A DNA stretch of 63,993 nt, filler included, from Chrysochromulina tobinii (taxonomy: Eukaryota): assembly GCA_001275005.1 (NCBI GenBank). It is 7 parts of 7 records of this genome, joined end to end, with 100 filler letters (N's around TTAATTAATTAA, not from the genome) between each part and the next. Parts side by side here need not be neighbours in the genome. Positions count along the whole stretch, not along the records: positions 1 to 12,160 come from JWZX01000487.1; positions 12,261 to 21,982 come from JWZX01000488.1; positions 22,083 to 30,227 come from JWZX01000489.1; 4 more parts are not named here. One strand, given 5' to 3'. Position numbers and translations under genes: made by a program. The notes under the pieces are model-generated. The model had not been told where the DNA came from. It saw only the letters and a program-made list of their open reading frames with translations, and did not search any database. Shown here piece after piece: positions 12,085-24,062 of this stretch (the stretch's first letter is position 1; each line of letters opens with the position of its first letter).

Positions 12085-12160
12085 AAAAAATCTAAAATGA
12101 AGACTGAGATGCGTTGAAACATACTATGGGATGTGGGGGGGGGGGGGGGGGGGGGGGGGG

Positions 12161-12260
12161 NNNNNNNNNNNNNNNNNNNNNNNNNNNNNNNNNNNNNNNN
12201 NNNNTTAATTAATTAANNNNNNNNNNNNNNNNNNNNNNNNNNNNNNNNNNNNNNNNNNNN
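12161..12260. other. Artificial contig linker
   Basis: N-run + TTAATTAATTAA (stops in all six frames) + N-run, 100 nt. Confidence 0.97.
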
Positions 12261-13182
12261 CAGATGGAGGGAGAAATTCATGCCTGACGCAGCGCGTTTG
12301 CCGATGGCATTCCAGGCCGGCCTCAAAGTTGCCCGCAGCTCGCGCGCCAAAGGGGCCGAGAGGAACGAAATAATGGGACGAATAAAGGTTCGCCATTGCC
12401 CAATCGGCGCTGCACTGCTACGTTACGATCGGCTTGTTGTACCGGTTGAGCAGCTATACACAGACGCAGCGCTCGTGCTGGACGCATCCACACGCGTAGC
12501 AGCGGCCTCAGGAAGCGGCGCCATCGATCTCCACTTCATGCACAAGCACACACAGTCTGCTTTTCCCCTTTTTCTCCGAGGGCCATGCACCCCTCGACGA
12601 AAAGGTCTACCTGTTGCGGAGGCGCGCGGCGCGCCGCCAATGGTACCGCGAGCATGTGACGCTGTACGAGCATGATTTCCTCACGCAGGATATGCGCCAA
12701 GAGAAGCTCGTCAACAAGGCCAACCGTCGTGGCGAGCGACGCCTGGTCGAGGTGGATATTGCAATCTAACCACATGTCGAGGACGATGATGGCGGGGATG
12801 CAGGAGAGGATGAGGAGACTGGAGCGAGATCCTCGTGGTCGTAAGCAGGCGCGCCGTCAGCCCGCGGGCCGCAGATGAGCTGCAAGCGCGGGAGCCGACA
12901 GGGAGGGGAAGCCGGCGCCGAGCGAGCGCGCCGAATATAACGCGCCGAAGGCGACCGCGAGCACGATCGGATCGCAGCATGGACAGCATCGCCTCCCATC
13001 GGCTCGGATGGTGAACGGAAGTCTGTCGTACGAGTCTGAAGCCTTGGACCCTGTGGGGTGTAAGTACAGTGCCGTGTGGTCCGCACAATGTCCACTTAAT
13101 GTCCACTCAAACGGTGTCATTTGTGAATAACCTACGGCTTACATGCTGTTATTATTGAGCCCTATATAGTGTGTCAAGCACA

Positions 13183-13445
13183 GATACGCTACGCGTCGGG
13201 CACTACCGGGCCGTCATCATGGCGATCCGCATGAACACGGCACAGACGGCACAGACGATACGTATGGCGCGGCCCGTCTGGCGACACGGTCCGCGGCGTG
13301 GACAGCGGCGAGCTGATACGCTACGCGTCGGGCACTACCGGGCCGTCATCCGAACGCGATCCACATGAACACGGCACAGACGATACGTATGGCGCGGCCC
13401 GTGTCCGGCGACACGGTCCGCGGCGTGGACAGCGGCGAGCTGAGT
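13183..13445 (+). repeat. Tandem duplication with ~130-nt period
   Basis: gatacgctacgcgtcgggcactaccgggccgtcatc...gacacggtccgcggcgtggacagcggcgagctga occurs twice. Confidence 0.8.
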
Positions 13446-14319
13446 GTGCTGTCTGCTCTGGCCCTGCCTCATGGGATACATGGGATTCATGGTTGGTATA
13501 ACGGTGGGAGGCCCTTGTATGGTGCTGACGTCGACGACGTCCATTCGATCACCTTGCCATCGCACCAAACCTCTACTTGGCGCGATGGCGCCGGCGCTGG
13601 CTGCATGGACGTGCGGAGAGGACCTCGTTGTTCACCTCGCTGTTCACCTCGTAGGACCTCGTTGATCAAGCGCTGCTTTTGTTCCATCACCTCCTGGTTC
13701 AACGGGGCGCGTACCTCTTCCATCACGTTCGTCTCCTCCCTTAGGCGATTTTGAGCTTCCTCCCTTAAGCGATTTTGAGCTTTCTTGTTAACAGTGTGAA
13801 ACGAGACACATGCGCGCGTGCGTGGCCAAGACGCACCCGCACGGCGCGAGCAAAGGGGAATGAGTCAAACCGGGCGCTCATCGTGTCCGTCGGACCGTCA
13901 CCGCTGTAAGCACCAACCACATGTAAGCACCAAACGAGACTCATCCGCGGCCGACGCGCGATACGATGAAGAACACGTGTGAATAGCCTTCAATGTCGGT
14001 GTTCCAGAGGCCCTCGATGTTCGCCCAGTGCCTATGATAGGTACTGGTGTGGACTGTACCCGCGGATCGCTCCATTGACCTTTCCGGCTCGAATCCAGGT
14101 TGGTTATCAGGGTTGACGGTATAGTTCGTTGAGTGGGGATTCGGCGCGGGAGACAGTGTTGCGAGCCCAAACTGCGCCCAAGTCCACCCCCCTGAGCACC
14201 AGTTCCTTCCCACACCTCCGTGGGCGATGGCAAGCGGCTGCGGTGTGATCGGCGGAGCGTTCAAAGGCAGCCTTGGCATGATCTGTGGGTGCGAAACGGC
14301 ATCCAGAGACCCCAATTGA

Positions 14320-14530
14320 CTGGGGTCGTGCCCCAGCCCAATGGGGTTTCGGACCCCAGTGGCCCCCAGCACCCTAACGTAATGGGGTTCTGACCCTAAC
14401 GTATTGGGTTCAGCCCAGAACGTATTAGGGTGACAGACCCTAACTCGCTGGGGCCCCGTCCCCAAGGAACTGGGGTCCGGACCCCAGTTCCTTGGGGGTG
14501 GACCCCAGTTCCTTGGGGGTTGGGAACCCG
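14320..14530. repeat. Inverted/direct repeat cluster with a 38-bp perfect palindrome (14460-14497)
   Basis: ccccaaggaactggggtcc|ggaccccagttccttgggg plus a third copy of the arm; repeated accctaac motifs. Confidence 0.85.
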
Positions 14531-14681
14531 TCTTCTTAAAAAGGTCAGTCGGGTTTCGTTACAAGAAAGCCCAGGGTCAACATGTAGTCGGGTGAGCGTT
14601 AAGACACCGGTAACATATTTTATTGGTACTTGGATTGGGGGTCGCGTCCAAGTATAGCTGCCCGACGCCACGCGACGGGGC

Positions 14682-15566
14682 ATGTCCAAGAGGCAAAATG
14701 ATTACTTGTCTTGTCTCACATCCGCTGTATTGAGCGGAAATCTTGGCGACGGAGCGCGTCGTCGTCGGCATTCGATGCCGAAGGCGAAGGCCTACGCCGT
14801 CGCGATCGTGCCCGGTGGGGATTTTTACCAGGGTGGCAACCCAAATGATGCGGAAGCGCAACTGCCGGCGGCAGCGCCGAAAGTGGAAAAAGACAAGGGT
14901 GGAAAGGAGCGTGCCAGTGCCTATATTGATTTCTTCGACGAGCATCAAAACGTCAAGGGAGATTGGTGGAAGTGCTCTAATTGCGAGAAAGCGATCAGGA
15001 ACGCAGCGCCTAAGAAGCTGTACGACGAGATCAAGAGCCACTTATTGTGCATGCACGACAACGAGCCTGCAAGCCGATCCGATACGAGGACGATCGCCGA
15101 AGTTTGCTTCCCGGTAAGCGTTATCATCCACCGGGAGAAGATGGCGGCTGAGAGACTGAAGAGAGCTAATGAGCCGCCCAGGACAAAGGAGCTCGGGATA
15201 AATACTCGGGCACCCATGCTTGAAACTCGCACCACCGCTTTAACGGTCGACCAGGCCATCGACGCGCTGGTGGCCGCAGGTTTCAAGGCCACGAAGCAAG
15301 AGATCACGTCCCTGACCACGGAGGTCAAGAAGCGCATCCGCGTGGCAACTGATGCCGAGGACGCCGATAAGACCGGTAAGACCGGGGGCACCTCCAACGG
15401 CGCGGGTTCTTCGGGCGATGCCACCGCCGCACAGGGGGTGAGGAAGCCGAAGGAGCCAACCGTGACGGTGGAGGGTTCGGACGACGTCGCTGACTCGCGG
15501 CTTCAGCCACGGTCGAGACGCAGCCGCGGCGATCAGCCCGATTTCAGCAACATCCGCGTCTCTTAG
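14682..15566 (+). CDS. BED-like zinc-finger protein, probably mobile-element associated
   Basis: WWKCSNCEK-x-IKSHLLCMH pattern; intronless. Confidence 0.5.
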   Translation: MSKRQNDYLSCLTSAVLSGNLGDGARRRRHSMPKAKAYAVAIVPGGDFYQGGNPNDAEAQLPAAAPKVEKDKGGKERASAYIDFFDEHQNVKGDWWKCSNCEKAIRNAAPKKLYDEIKSHLLCMHDNEPASRSDTRTIAEVCFPVSVIIHREKMAAERLKRANEPPRTKELGINTRAPMLETRTTALTVDQAIDALVAAGFKATKQEITSLTTEVKKRIRVATDAEDADKTGKTGGTSNGAGSSGDATAAQGVRKPKEPTVTVEGSDDVADSRLQPRSRRSRGDQPDFSNIRVS

Positions 15567-15856
15567 CGGTGCGTCGATGTACGATGACGCCCTTGCGCAC
15601 ATTGGGCGTTGTCGTGGTGCGACCGCGAGCCGCCGCGCACCGCGCGGTCGCCCCGCATACGCGCCGCCGCGGGCGCCGGCGGAGTAGGGCGGTGTCACCA
15701 ATGAAATGCGTCCCGTTGGCCCGGGTGTCGGAGTGCGCGAGTGTTTTCGACGTGTACGATGAAGTCTGTACTCCGATCATGTGCGACACAATTCTGAACT
15801 CACTACCTCACCGACCACACTACATGTGTTCACCACACACCCCCGATCCCGCCGCG

Positions 15857-17850
15857 TCATGCACCATACGGGATGCACAGATGCGCATCCACCTTGTCCT
15901 TTTGAGGCACTACTGCGTCCGCCACGAATGCACCGGATATGAGGCACCAGCTGTGCCCTTTCGGGCGCGGGGGCAGCTGGCTACCCCCGCACCACTCGCG
16001 CGAGCTGAGAAGGCGCGCCACCGGCAAACGTATGACGAGCAAACGCTCCTCGAGGTGGTACGACAGCAGCGGCCGTTTTGCTTTCACGCCGTCTTCTGCG
16101 CCATCCGTGAGCATGTAGTACTCGACGTCGCCCGTGCGTCGCATGCGGCGCTTCCCAGCTGCCGTGCGGGGCGGCTCTGGCTTTCGCCAGGCCATGGCAT
16201 TGTTCCAGACTCCGAGGACCTCCTGCAACTCGGCCATGCTATGCAGCGGAACATCGATGATGAGCCGGCGATCACGGCCATTTGCGTCCTCGCGCCATCG
16301 TTTTCGCGCCATGACCAGCGGAAGGCGCAAGAAGTGGCGAGGGTCGCAGAGCGTCCAGGTCACCTCGTGCACGACCCCCGAGCCGTTGAGGGTGTTCAGA
16401 TCCTGGATTACGCGCGCCCGCAGCAGCAGCTGCGTCTCCTGCAACAGCATACCATCGCCTGCGAACACGGGTAAATCGCGGGCCCCGACGCGGGCGAGGT
16501 CATAGGTGAGCGCCGAACAGCGCGCGCGCCGCGGGGGTGGGTCATGCTCACCAGATTCAGCCCAGCGCTCGAGCAGACCATCCAGCACGGCGTCAGGCGG
16601 CGGGCGGTATTGCCGCTCCTGGCCGACCGACCGACGGCGCTCGAACCAGTAGAGCGATCGCCCGTCCGTGAACCCCTTGAGCCACGGGATCAGGGCTCGC
16701 GTCACAAGCAGGGCTGTGCTGCGCACCTGCTCGAGGGGCACCAGCACCTCCTCGTCTGTGAGCACCAGCTCATTCGGACGCCCGCCATATGAGGGATGAT
16801 CCTCTCCTGTGCCTTGGTGAAGGGGCGCTGGTATGGTGCGCAGACAGCGCAACCCGTCCGCCGTCGCCTCTAACACAATCACGATGGCGCCGGCGGGTGC
16901 GCTAATCTCAACGGCCCCCTCGACCCAGCCGAGGTCGGTCTCAGCACCGATCGGTACCGTCTTGCCGGGCCGTGTGAGCATCCGGGGGCCATCCTTGGAT
17001 GCCATATTGGGCCCCGACGCCGCGTTGGTGCCGAAGCAATTCGCAGGTTGCACGGCAAGCTGTTGGAAACCTGACGGAGGGCACGCGCGCGTGCGGTCGG
17101 GGGCTGTGCCAAGCGCGCACGCATCAGCTAGGTTTGCCGTAGCGATCGCAGCCAGGTGTGCGTGCCGAGGCGCGAGGGCTACGCGAGGCCACCGTTCCTA
17201 TTAGCGCTGGTGTTCGGCAGGAATATATTGCGGTGGCGTCGCCCCGGATGAGCGCGGCGGCGGGCGCACGCGCTTCGGGCCAGTGGCATCGGCGCGCGGC
17301 AGCGGCGGGCGCACCTGCTCGCACCGCCCCGCCGACAACCAGCCGAGGTTCCGGGACGGTTTGAACGGGCACGAACTCGAGCTTGCCCAGGATGACACGG
17401 AGTGTGCCGGCGAGTACGACGGTGCCTGCAGGTGGCCGTGGCATTGCCAGCTCGCCATCCGCATCGAGGAGCAGGGGCTGCGCGAAGAGCGAGCCGCGCA
17501 CGTCTTGCAGGGGGATCTCTTGCGTGTCCCACCGCTCGTCAATGACATAGATCCACTCGTTCTCCACGAGGTACGAAGGAACCTTCTTCCGCGGCAGCCA
17601 CCGATTGTACTCCTGCAACCATTTTCCTGCGCACGACGACAGCACTCATGCCATTATCAGTTATGGAGGGTCAGCCCGCGCGGAACGGGGATTCGGGCGA
17701 GATGCATTCATCGCACCATTGAGCAGAAACCGGCCCCGCACGCCGATCCTATCCCTCGTATCTCGGGCGCGATGCTCCACGACGAGGATTGGTGCGAGCA
17801 CACATTTCCCAGATGCATCGTCGTGGTACATGACCTCGCGCAGCACCATA
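15857..17850 (-). CDS. Protein with one or two BAH-like domains; interrupted by introns or decay
   Basis: PNELVLTDEEVLVPLEQVRSTALLV and ENEWIYVIDERWDTQEIPLQDVRGSLF resemble the BAH C-terminal motif; spread across ORFs 15857-17053, 17124-17645 and 17661-17849. Confidence 0.4.
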
Positions 17851-18492
17851 TCGCCACCCCGGACGATACCCGGACGAGCTCACACAAAGCTGTCTCACAG
17901 CCGCCGTAGTAGTGGCCGCCATCCGGGTGCGCACCACGGCGATTGAAACCGCCCGCCCCTGGCGTCGCGAACAGGGTCGACATTTGTGATAAACGAAAGC
18001 CGGTGGCAAGATATTTGGCGGGTTCTTGCCGACGGCGCCCTTGCCTTCGTTTTCCCTATATTAAGGTCGCCAGACTCCCTTATATAGGGATGGGAGCGTC
18101 CGAGAAACCGGCAAGTCGAGCTCCAAATTCGAGCGGATGTGGGAATGCTGCGTCGCCGCCCGTGCCCGGCCGCCAACGATTGTCGACGTTGGCCCGGTGC
18201 GCTTACGATATGGAGTCGCTCTTTGTACGCGGGAATGTGGTACTCTTGTGTATCGTGTATGTTGTAAAAGAAACCACGCTACCGCTATGGGTTGACGCTC
18301 TACGAGCGCCGCGAGGTGGTTGTTCCCCGCCCGCCCGCCGCCGTTCCGGGCGTTCGCGTTTCTCCACCGAGGACGGTCCGAGCACAAGCGCGCAAAGGCG
18401 AAAGGGGTAAAGGACGTCATGGAGCGTAGGGCTTCTAGGAGGCAGCGAGACACGCTGCCAATCCGGATCTCCGGTTGCACCACGGCACCAGC

Positions 18493-20684
18493 TCACCACT
18501 CGCCTCGCTTCATGGTCGCGGGGTTGCCCGAGAGCAACGCCTTGAGCTTGCGCTTGTCGCGCGCCTCGGAGAGTACCTCCTTGACAAAGTGGCGCTTCGC
18601 GCGATCCCACTCGAGCTCGTGGTAGTGGCGCTGGAGCAGCAGCTCGTCGTCGGGTCGGTAGAGCTTCGCGTTGAGCTTGAGCATGCGCAGCGCCTCCTCG
18701 GTCAGGAGCGAAGGCGCGAAGTCGGTACGCGACATGAAGAGCACCGTGACGTCTGTCTCGGCCATGAGGGTCGTGCGCGAGCGCAACAGACCGTGCAGCA
18801 TCGCGTCGCCGCCGTACGTGTCGCGCGGCATGAGGGTCTCCAAGTGCATGCGGCGCGTACGCTGGCGGCCGCCCTCGACGTACTGCATCTCGCGCAACAC
18901 GACCAACCGGCCGTCTTGCACCACAAAGAGGCCGGGGGGCGTGTCTCCCTGCGCCAGCAGTACGGCGCCGCGTGGGAACTCGCGCGGCTGGAGCAGATGG
19001 TTCATCTTGAGCAGCCTCTCCCAGGGCAGCTTGGCGAACATAGGGACAGACGCTACGAAGATCGCCTTCTCCGCCTCCTTCTCGAGCTTCGATCTCCGGA
19101 GCGTCTGACGGAACTCAGCCTCCGAGAAGCAGAGCACGCCCGAGCGCTCGGTCGCGCGCACCGTGCAGTACTGGAAGGCCTTGTGCAGCAGCGCGTTCTC
19201 GCCAAAGTGGTCGCCCGGCATGAGAAGCTGGACCGGCGCAGCGCCGCCCGAGCCGCCGCCCACGCCGCTGCCCGCGCCGCCGCCCGTGCCGCTGCCAGCG
19301 CCGGCGTTACTCGCGCCGTGGTCGCGGGAGACGAGCAGCTCACCAAAGAGGAGTATGCACAGGCCGCGTGTGGGCCCGAGTGGAGGTAGGTACGGCTCGA
19401 CCGCATGGGCCCGGTCCGTGGGTCCACCATCACCGCCGAAGCTCGCGACATGCTGATGCTCCTCATACTGCTCGTACGTCGCGGTCGCGCACAGGCGTGC
19501 GCGCTCCTCATCGGGGAGTGACGCGAGCACCGGCACGCAGCGCATAGCGTGAGCGAGCACGGCGGTCTCGTCCTCAGCGCGCTCAGCCGGTGGCGCCGAC
19601 GCGGCTGTCAGCAGCTCCTCGAAATCGCGCGCGCTCAGCCGACCCAGCTTCGACTCGCCTGCCGCCAGCACGGCCGCCGCCGCCGCCGGCTCGCGCGCCA
19701 TTCCCCACGCCTCGGCCGGTGGGTCCGCCAGAGACTCTCGCCATCTCGGCGACTGAACCCTCGCCATCGCAGGCGTGGCGCCGCTCGGCGCGAAAGTGTT
19801 GGGCGGCGGCGGCGGTGGAGGCTGGTCGAGCGCCACTTCCAGAGGTGTCGCTCGGTCGGCTCGTCCCGGCTGCTGCGGCTGCTGCGGCTGCTGCGGCTGC
19901 TGCGGCTGCGGCAGCTGCGGCGGCTGCGGCGGCGGCGGCGGCGGCGGCGGCTCCGATGGCGGCAGCACCTCCTCCTCTTCCTTCTCTTCCTTCTCGAGTC
20001 GCTCCTCGCTCGGCGCGGCGACGGCAGCGCCCGAAGCGGCCGCCTCGTCGATGACCTTCGGGTTCGACGGAGCCCGTGCGAGCATGCCCGGCGGCAGCCG
20101 CCCGCCGGCCGAGCGAGGACGCGCGGCGAGGGCGCGCTTCAGCGCTCGCTCTTCGAGGATGCGCGCCTGATTGTAGTCGGCGATCGCGTCCGCCCATCGG
20201 CCGAGTTGGCGGTACAGCAGGCCGCGATCCTTAAACAGGGCCGGGCTTTGCGGCTGCAGCTGAATCGCGCTGTTCATGGCTGTCAACGCGCCCAGCAAAT
20301 TATGGTGCTGGTGCAGCATCTGGCCCGCATCGTGGTGATGCACGAGCATCTTGGAGTGTGCGTCCGCTTTGCGCATCAGCTGTCGGGTGGCCAACTTGTC
20401 CGAAGGGATCGAGACAAGCATGAGGGGCTGCGTCTGCACGAGTGGCGGTTGGAGGCTCTTGGAGGAGCCACCCGCAGTGGCTGGCCGTCGGCGTACCTGC
20501 GGATGATGAGGACATTTCAGTGGTCATCAAGTGGCACGCTTGTACAAATGCGCCACGCTGTACTCGTCAAGAAATGTGGCAATTGGTGGTCATCAAGTGG
20601 TCATCAGTGATCATCAAGTGGTCATCAGTGATCGCGTACTGCAGAGGGCAGCCGTGGCGATGCGACTTGGACGCTCAGAGACAT
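18493..20684 (-). CDS. TPR plus tandem cyclic-nucleotide-binding domain protein; exons 20684-20640 and 20496-18493
   Basis: TPR (AIQLQPQSPALFKDRGLLYRQLGRWADAIADY); cNMP domains (GDHFGENALL; QGDTPPGLFVVQDG..YGGDAML); phase-0 intron 20497-20639. Confidence 0.8.
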
Positions 20685-21172
20685 TGCGACGGCGGAGGCG
20701 ACGCGAACGGAGGCTTGGACGGCCAACGACCTGCTGCTGTTCAACACAACGCGAAATCACAACACAAAACGCAGTCCAGCACAAACCGGACCACAAGCAC
20801 GAGGGCCTCTATCCTTTCGTTCGTTTCAGGGCCCTCTCGGCCAGACATACACCCACAAGCCCCGAGGCCTCACTCGCTATGGACGGACGGTTCGACGCCC
20901 GCTAAGACCAAGGCTAGGACGCTCATTCAGGGAGCCTTCAGCCTTGCACGTTGCAGATCCGCCCGCCGCGGAGTCGGATGTACTGTTGTCACAGAATACG
21001 GCAAAGCGACCACACAGGTCAACACCCCGCACGTACCTTCTAAGTACCTTCAATCAACAATGCGGTAAATTCTATCTGGACGAACTTCCAAGGATCTGGG
21101 ATGTGATGCTCTCCATACGTAGCGATCGCATGCCATGTTTTGAAACCAGTGAGGGTGTCCAACACGTGTGTG

Positions 21173-21616
21173 TCATCGAATCTTTGGTGGTCTGTTGCAA
21201 AGGTGGTCGAGATGCAGCAGTTCACCTTTGGCCTCACCATCCTCCGTGATTTTCAACAGCACTGGTCCGATTTCCCACTTTCGACGTGTTGTCCTGTGCG
21301 GCACCTCTGCCGGTGATACAACGTGTGCACTGGGAGCAGATTGCAGCGCGGGTGCAAGGCTCCGTCGCCGGTTCGGACCAGTGCTGTTGGCGCCGCTGAT
21401 GGCGCTGTTGCTGTTGGCACCTTGCAAATAGATTTGAAACCCACGCTCACGCGCCTCTCGCTCGGAGCGGCCGGACGCGGCTTCTGCCCGCTCTCGCAAG
21501 AGCTTCTCGAAAGACTTTTTGGTGGCGAGGTTTGCGAGATACGCCCGGTACTTAGCTTGGCCGAAGCCGCCACGGCCCGTCTCCGGTGCGACGCCATCGA
21601 AGGGGAGCGACGCCAT
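21173..21616 (-). CDS. Protein resembling the N-terminus of KATNIP/KIAA0556; appears short or truncated
   Basis: YLANL..K..EKLL..EARERGFQIYLQGANS resembles the recalled KATNIP motif LEQGFSVYVNGANS. Confidence 0.45.
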   Translation of the reverse strand: MASLPFDGVAPETGRGGFGQAKYRAYLANLATKKSFEKLLRERAEAASGRSEREARERGFQIYLQGANSNSAISGANSTGPNRRRSLAPALQSAPSAHVVSPAEVPHRTTRRKWEIGPVLLKITEDGEAKGELLHLDHLCNRPPKIR

Positions 21617-21982
21617 CTCGCAAGCGGCGCCGAGCGTGGCCGACGTGCAAGCGACGGCCGAGGAGATGACGGCAGAGAGGCGACGATTCAGTCCGGCGCC
21701 GAGCGCGGCCGACGTGCAAGCGACGGCCGAGGAGATGACGGCAGAGAGGCGACGATTCAGTCCGTTTGTGAGGGACGAAAGTTCCTTCTGCGCGAAAAAG
21801 TCCGCAGCGTCCATGTACATGTACCTTATGTCGCAAATGTCACGCTTGACTTCACAAACTTCACGATTGAATTTACCATTTTACGGTCCCCAAGCTCTTA
21901 AGGTTTGAGGGGGCAGCGTAAACTTCGCGCTGGAGCGCACGCCTCCGCTGTCGCGCCTCCGCTGTCGCGCCTCGCACTGCCC

Positions 21983-22082
21983 NNNNNNNNNNNNNNNNNN
22001 NNNNNNNNNNNNNNNNNNNNNNNNNNTTAATTAATTAANNNNNNNNNNNNNNNNNNNNNNNNNNNNNNNNNNNNNNNNNNNN
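21983..22082. other. Artificial contig linker
   Basis: N + TTAATTAATTAA + N. Confidence 0.97.
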
Positions 22083-22146
22083 GCATCGGCGGTGGCGGCA
22101 TCGGCGGTGGCGGCGGCAGCATGGTCCCGCAACAGCAGCGCTTCAT

Positions 22147-22202
<56 letters not shown>

Positions 22203-23158
22203 GGGGGGGCGGCTACCCGCAGCAGCAAGGGGCTGGGCAGCAGTGGTGGGGTGGCGGCGATGGGCAGCAAAGGGGCAATCAACAGTGGATGGGCGGCGGG
22301 AGGTGCGGCAACTATGGAGGCAACGCTGTGGCGGGTGGTAGCATCGGATACGGCGGATACGGCGGCTACGGCGGCTATGGCGGCTACTCGCACGGCGGCA
22401 ACCCTGCGGTGGGTGGCGGCGCGTTGGGAGCAGAGGAGGGCGTGGGCGGCGGCGGCGGTGACGGCAGCTGGGGTGGCGCGCAGCAGCCGCTGTGGGCCGG
22501 AGTCGGTGGCGCATACGGCGGCTTCGAGAGCGGATTAGGGCAGGGGGAAGGGTGGGCGGCGAATCGAAACCCGCGCCTCGGCGCCGTGGGCGATCCGAAC
22601 ACACGCCCAGGCGATTGGATGTGCCCCAATTGCGCCGCTAACAACTATGCGTCGCGCTATGAGTGCTTCCGATGCCAAATGGCGCGCCCAGAGGACACCT
22701 ACCCTGCCGAGGGCCTTCCCGGCAAGGGCAAAGGCAAGGGGAAGGGCGAGGGCAAGGGCGAGGGCAGGGGTGAAGGCAGGGGTGAAGGCAAGGAGGGCAG
22801 GGGTGAAGGCAAGGGCGGCGAGGGGGGCGATTTTGGCGGCGTGTGCTTCAACTGCGGCAAGACAGGCCATCAGGCGCGGGAGTGCCCCGAACCGGCGCAA
22901 GGAAAGGGCGCCGGGCCCGAGTTTGTGGACAACTGCTTCAATTGCGGCAAGATTGGCCATCGCGCTCGCGACTGCCCGGAGATGGCGGGCAAGGGCGGGA
23001 CCTTCGACTGCTACAACTGCGGCAAGTCGGGCCACCTGGCACGCGACTGTCCCGAGCCAACAAAGGCCAAAGGCGCCGGCCCGGTATGCTTCAACTGCGG
23101 CCAGACGGGCCACATGGCGCGCGACTGCCCCGAGCCGCGGCAGGCGCAGGCCAAGTAA
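22083..23158 (+). CDS. Gly/Gln-rich RNA-binding protein with a RanBP2 finger and four CCHC knuckles (probably 5'-partial)
   Basis: RPGDWMCPNCAANNYASRYECFRC; four C(F/Y)NCGxxGHxARxCP; polyQ and GY-rich low complexity. Confidence 0.85.
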
Positions 23159-23195
23159 GGCCAAGTAAGGCCAAGTAAGGCCAAGTAAGGCCAAG
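23149..23195 (+). repeat. (GGCCAAGTAA)n tandem repeat across the stop codon
   Basis: About 4.5 copies of a 10-mer. Confidence 0.85.
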
Positions 23196-24062
23196 GTGCT
23201 CCCTGCAAGCAACGCCGCTGCTCCTGCTCTCGCAAGCGACGCGCCGGGCTCCGCTTTTGGCCAAGGAGGGGGCCGGGGTTACGTTTGGAACGGGACGTAC
23301 TGCTGCGCGGGGACACTACATGGGAACACAACACGTCGCTGTTCACCCCTTCTGGTACGGGAAGGGAGGCGTGCCGGTCCTCGCAGTAGAAGATTGCAAT
23401 TCTAATGACGGCAACGAGGGCACTTCATGCACTGAGACAGCGCGACAAGTGAGCGCGGAGTTCGCTTTGGGGGATGCATGGGCGGAGGCTTTGCCGCACA
23501 AAGGGCCGCGCGTGGGCGGATCGCGTGCGCCAGTTTGTCCTGCGTGCCTACGTCGCGTGGCGTAGGTAGTTGGCCTTGTGTCGTAATCGAGGGGGGCGCT
23601 GTGGCGTGTGCTGTGGCGCTTCGCTTTGGCGACGGGCTGTCGTGAGTCGACGCGCGGTGCGGAGTGTCACTTTTAGGCATGACACGGGGGAGGATGCACG
23701 GGGGAGGATGCATGCGATGCACAGAGCGTGTACGGGGGAGGATGCACACGCTTAGTGTGCCTGGGGGTGTCCCCCTCGCCACGTGTGCGCTGCCTGTTGG
23801 CATGTTTTACTTTACTTTACTTTACGCGACCGCCCCGCCGTCAGTTCGCCTTTTGAGAGTCGATATTTCGTAAAACGACAGTTGCAGCGAAACTTGCGGG
23901 CGTAAGAACCTAAGACAGCTACATCACGGTTACGACGTGCTGTGAACCTTTAGTGTATTGTGAACCTTGCGGAAGGCACACTCGAGTGCGACTCGGAAGC
24001 GCTGCGAGCTCAGCTCACACGTGGCCGCCTCCGCGTCCGACAGGAATCCATGATCCTTTTGG

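Noticed and set aside
12135..12160. Poly-G tract as a G-quadruplex
   Set aside because: At the contig end; typical sequencing artifact
12205..12216. Repeated TTAATTAATTAA motif within N-runs (six times)
   Set aside because: Artificial six-frame-stop linker used to concatenate contigs
12261..12770. Possible 3' end of a coding gene at the contig start
   Set aside because: No recognisable motif and an unresolved frame change; cannot support a call
14030..14100. B-box-like ggctcgaatcc as a tRNA/SINE
   Set aside because: No convincing A box or cloverleaf
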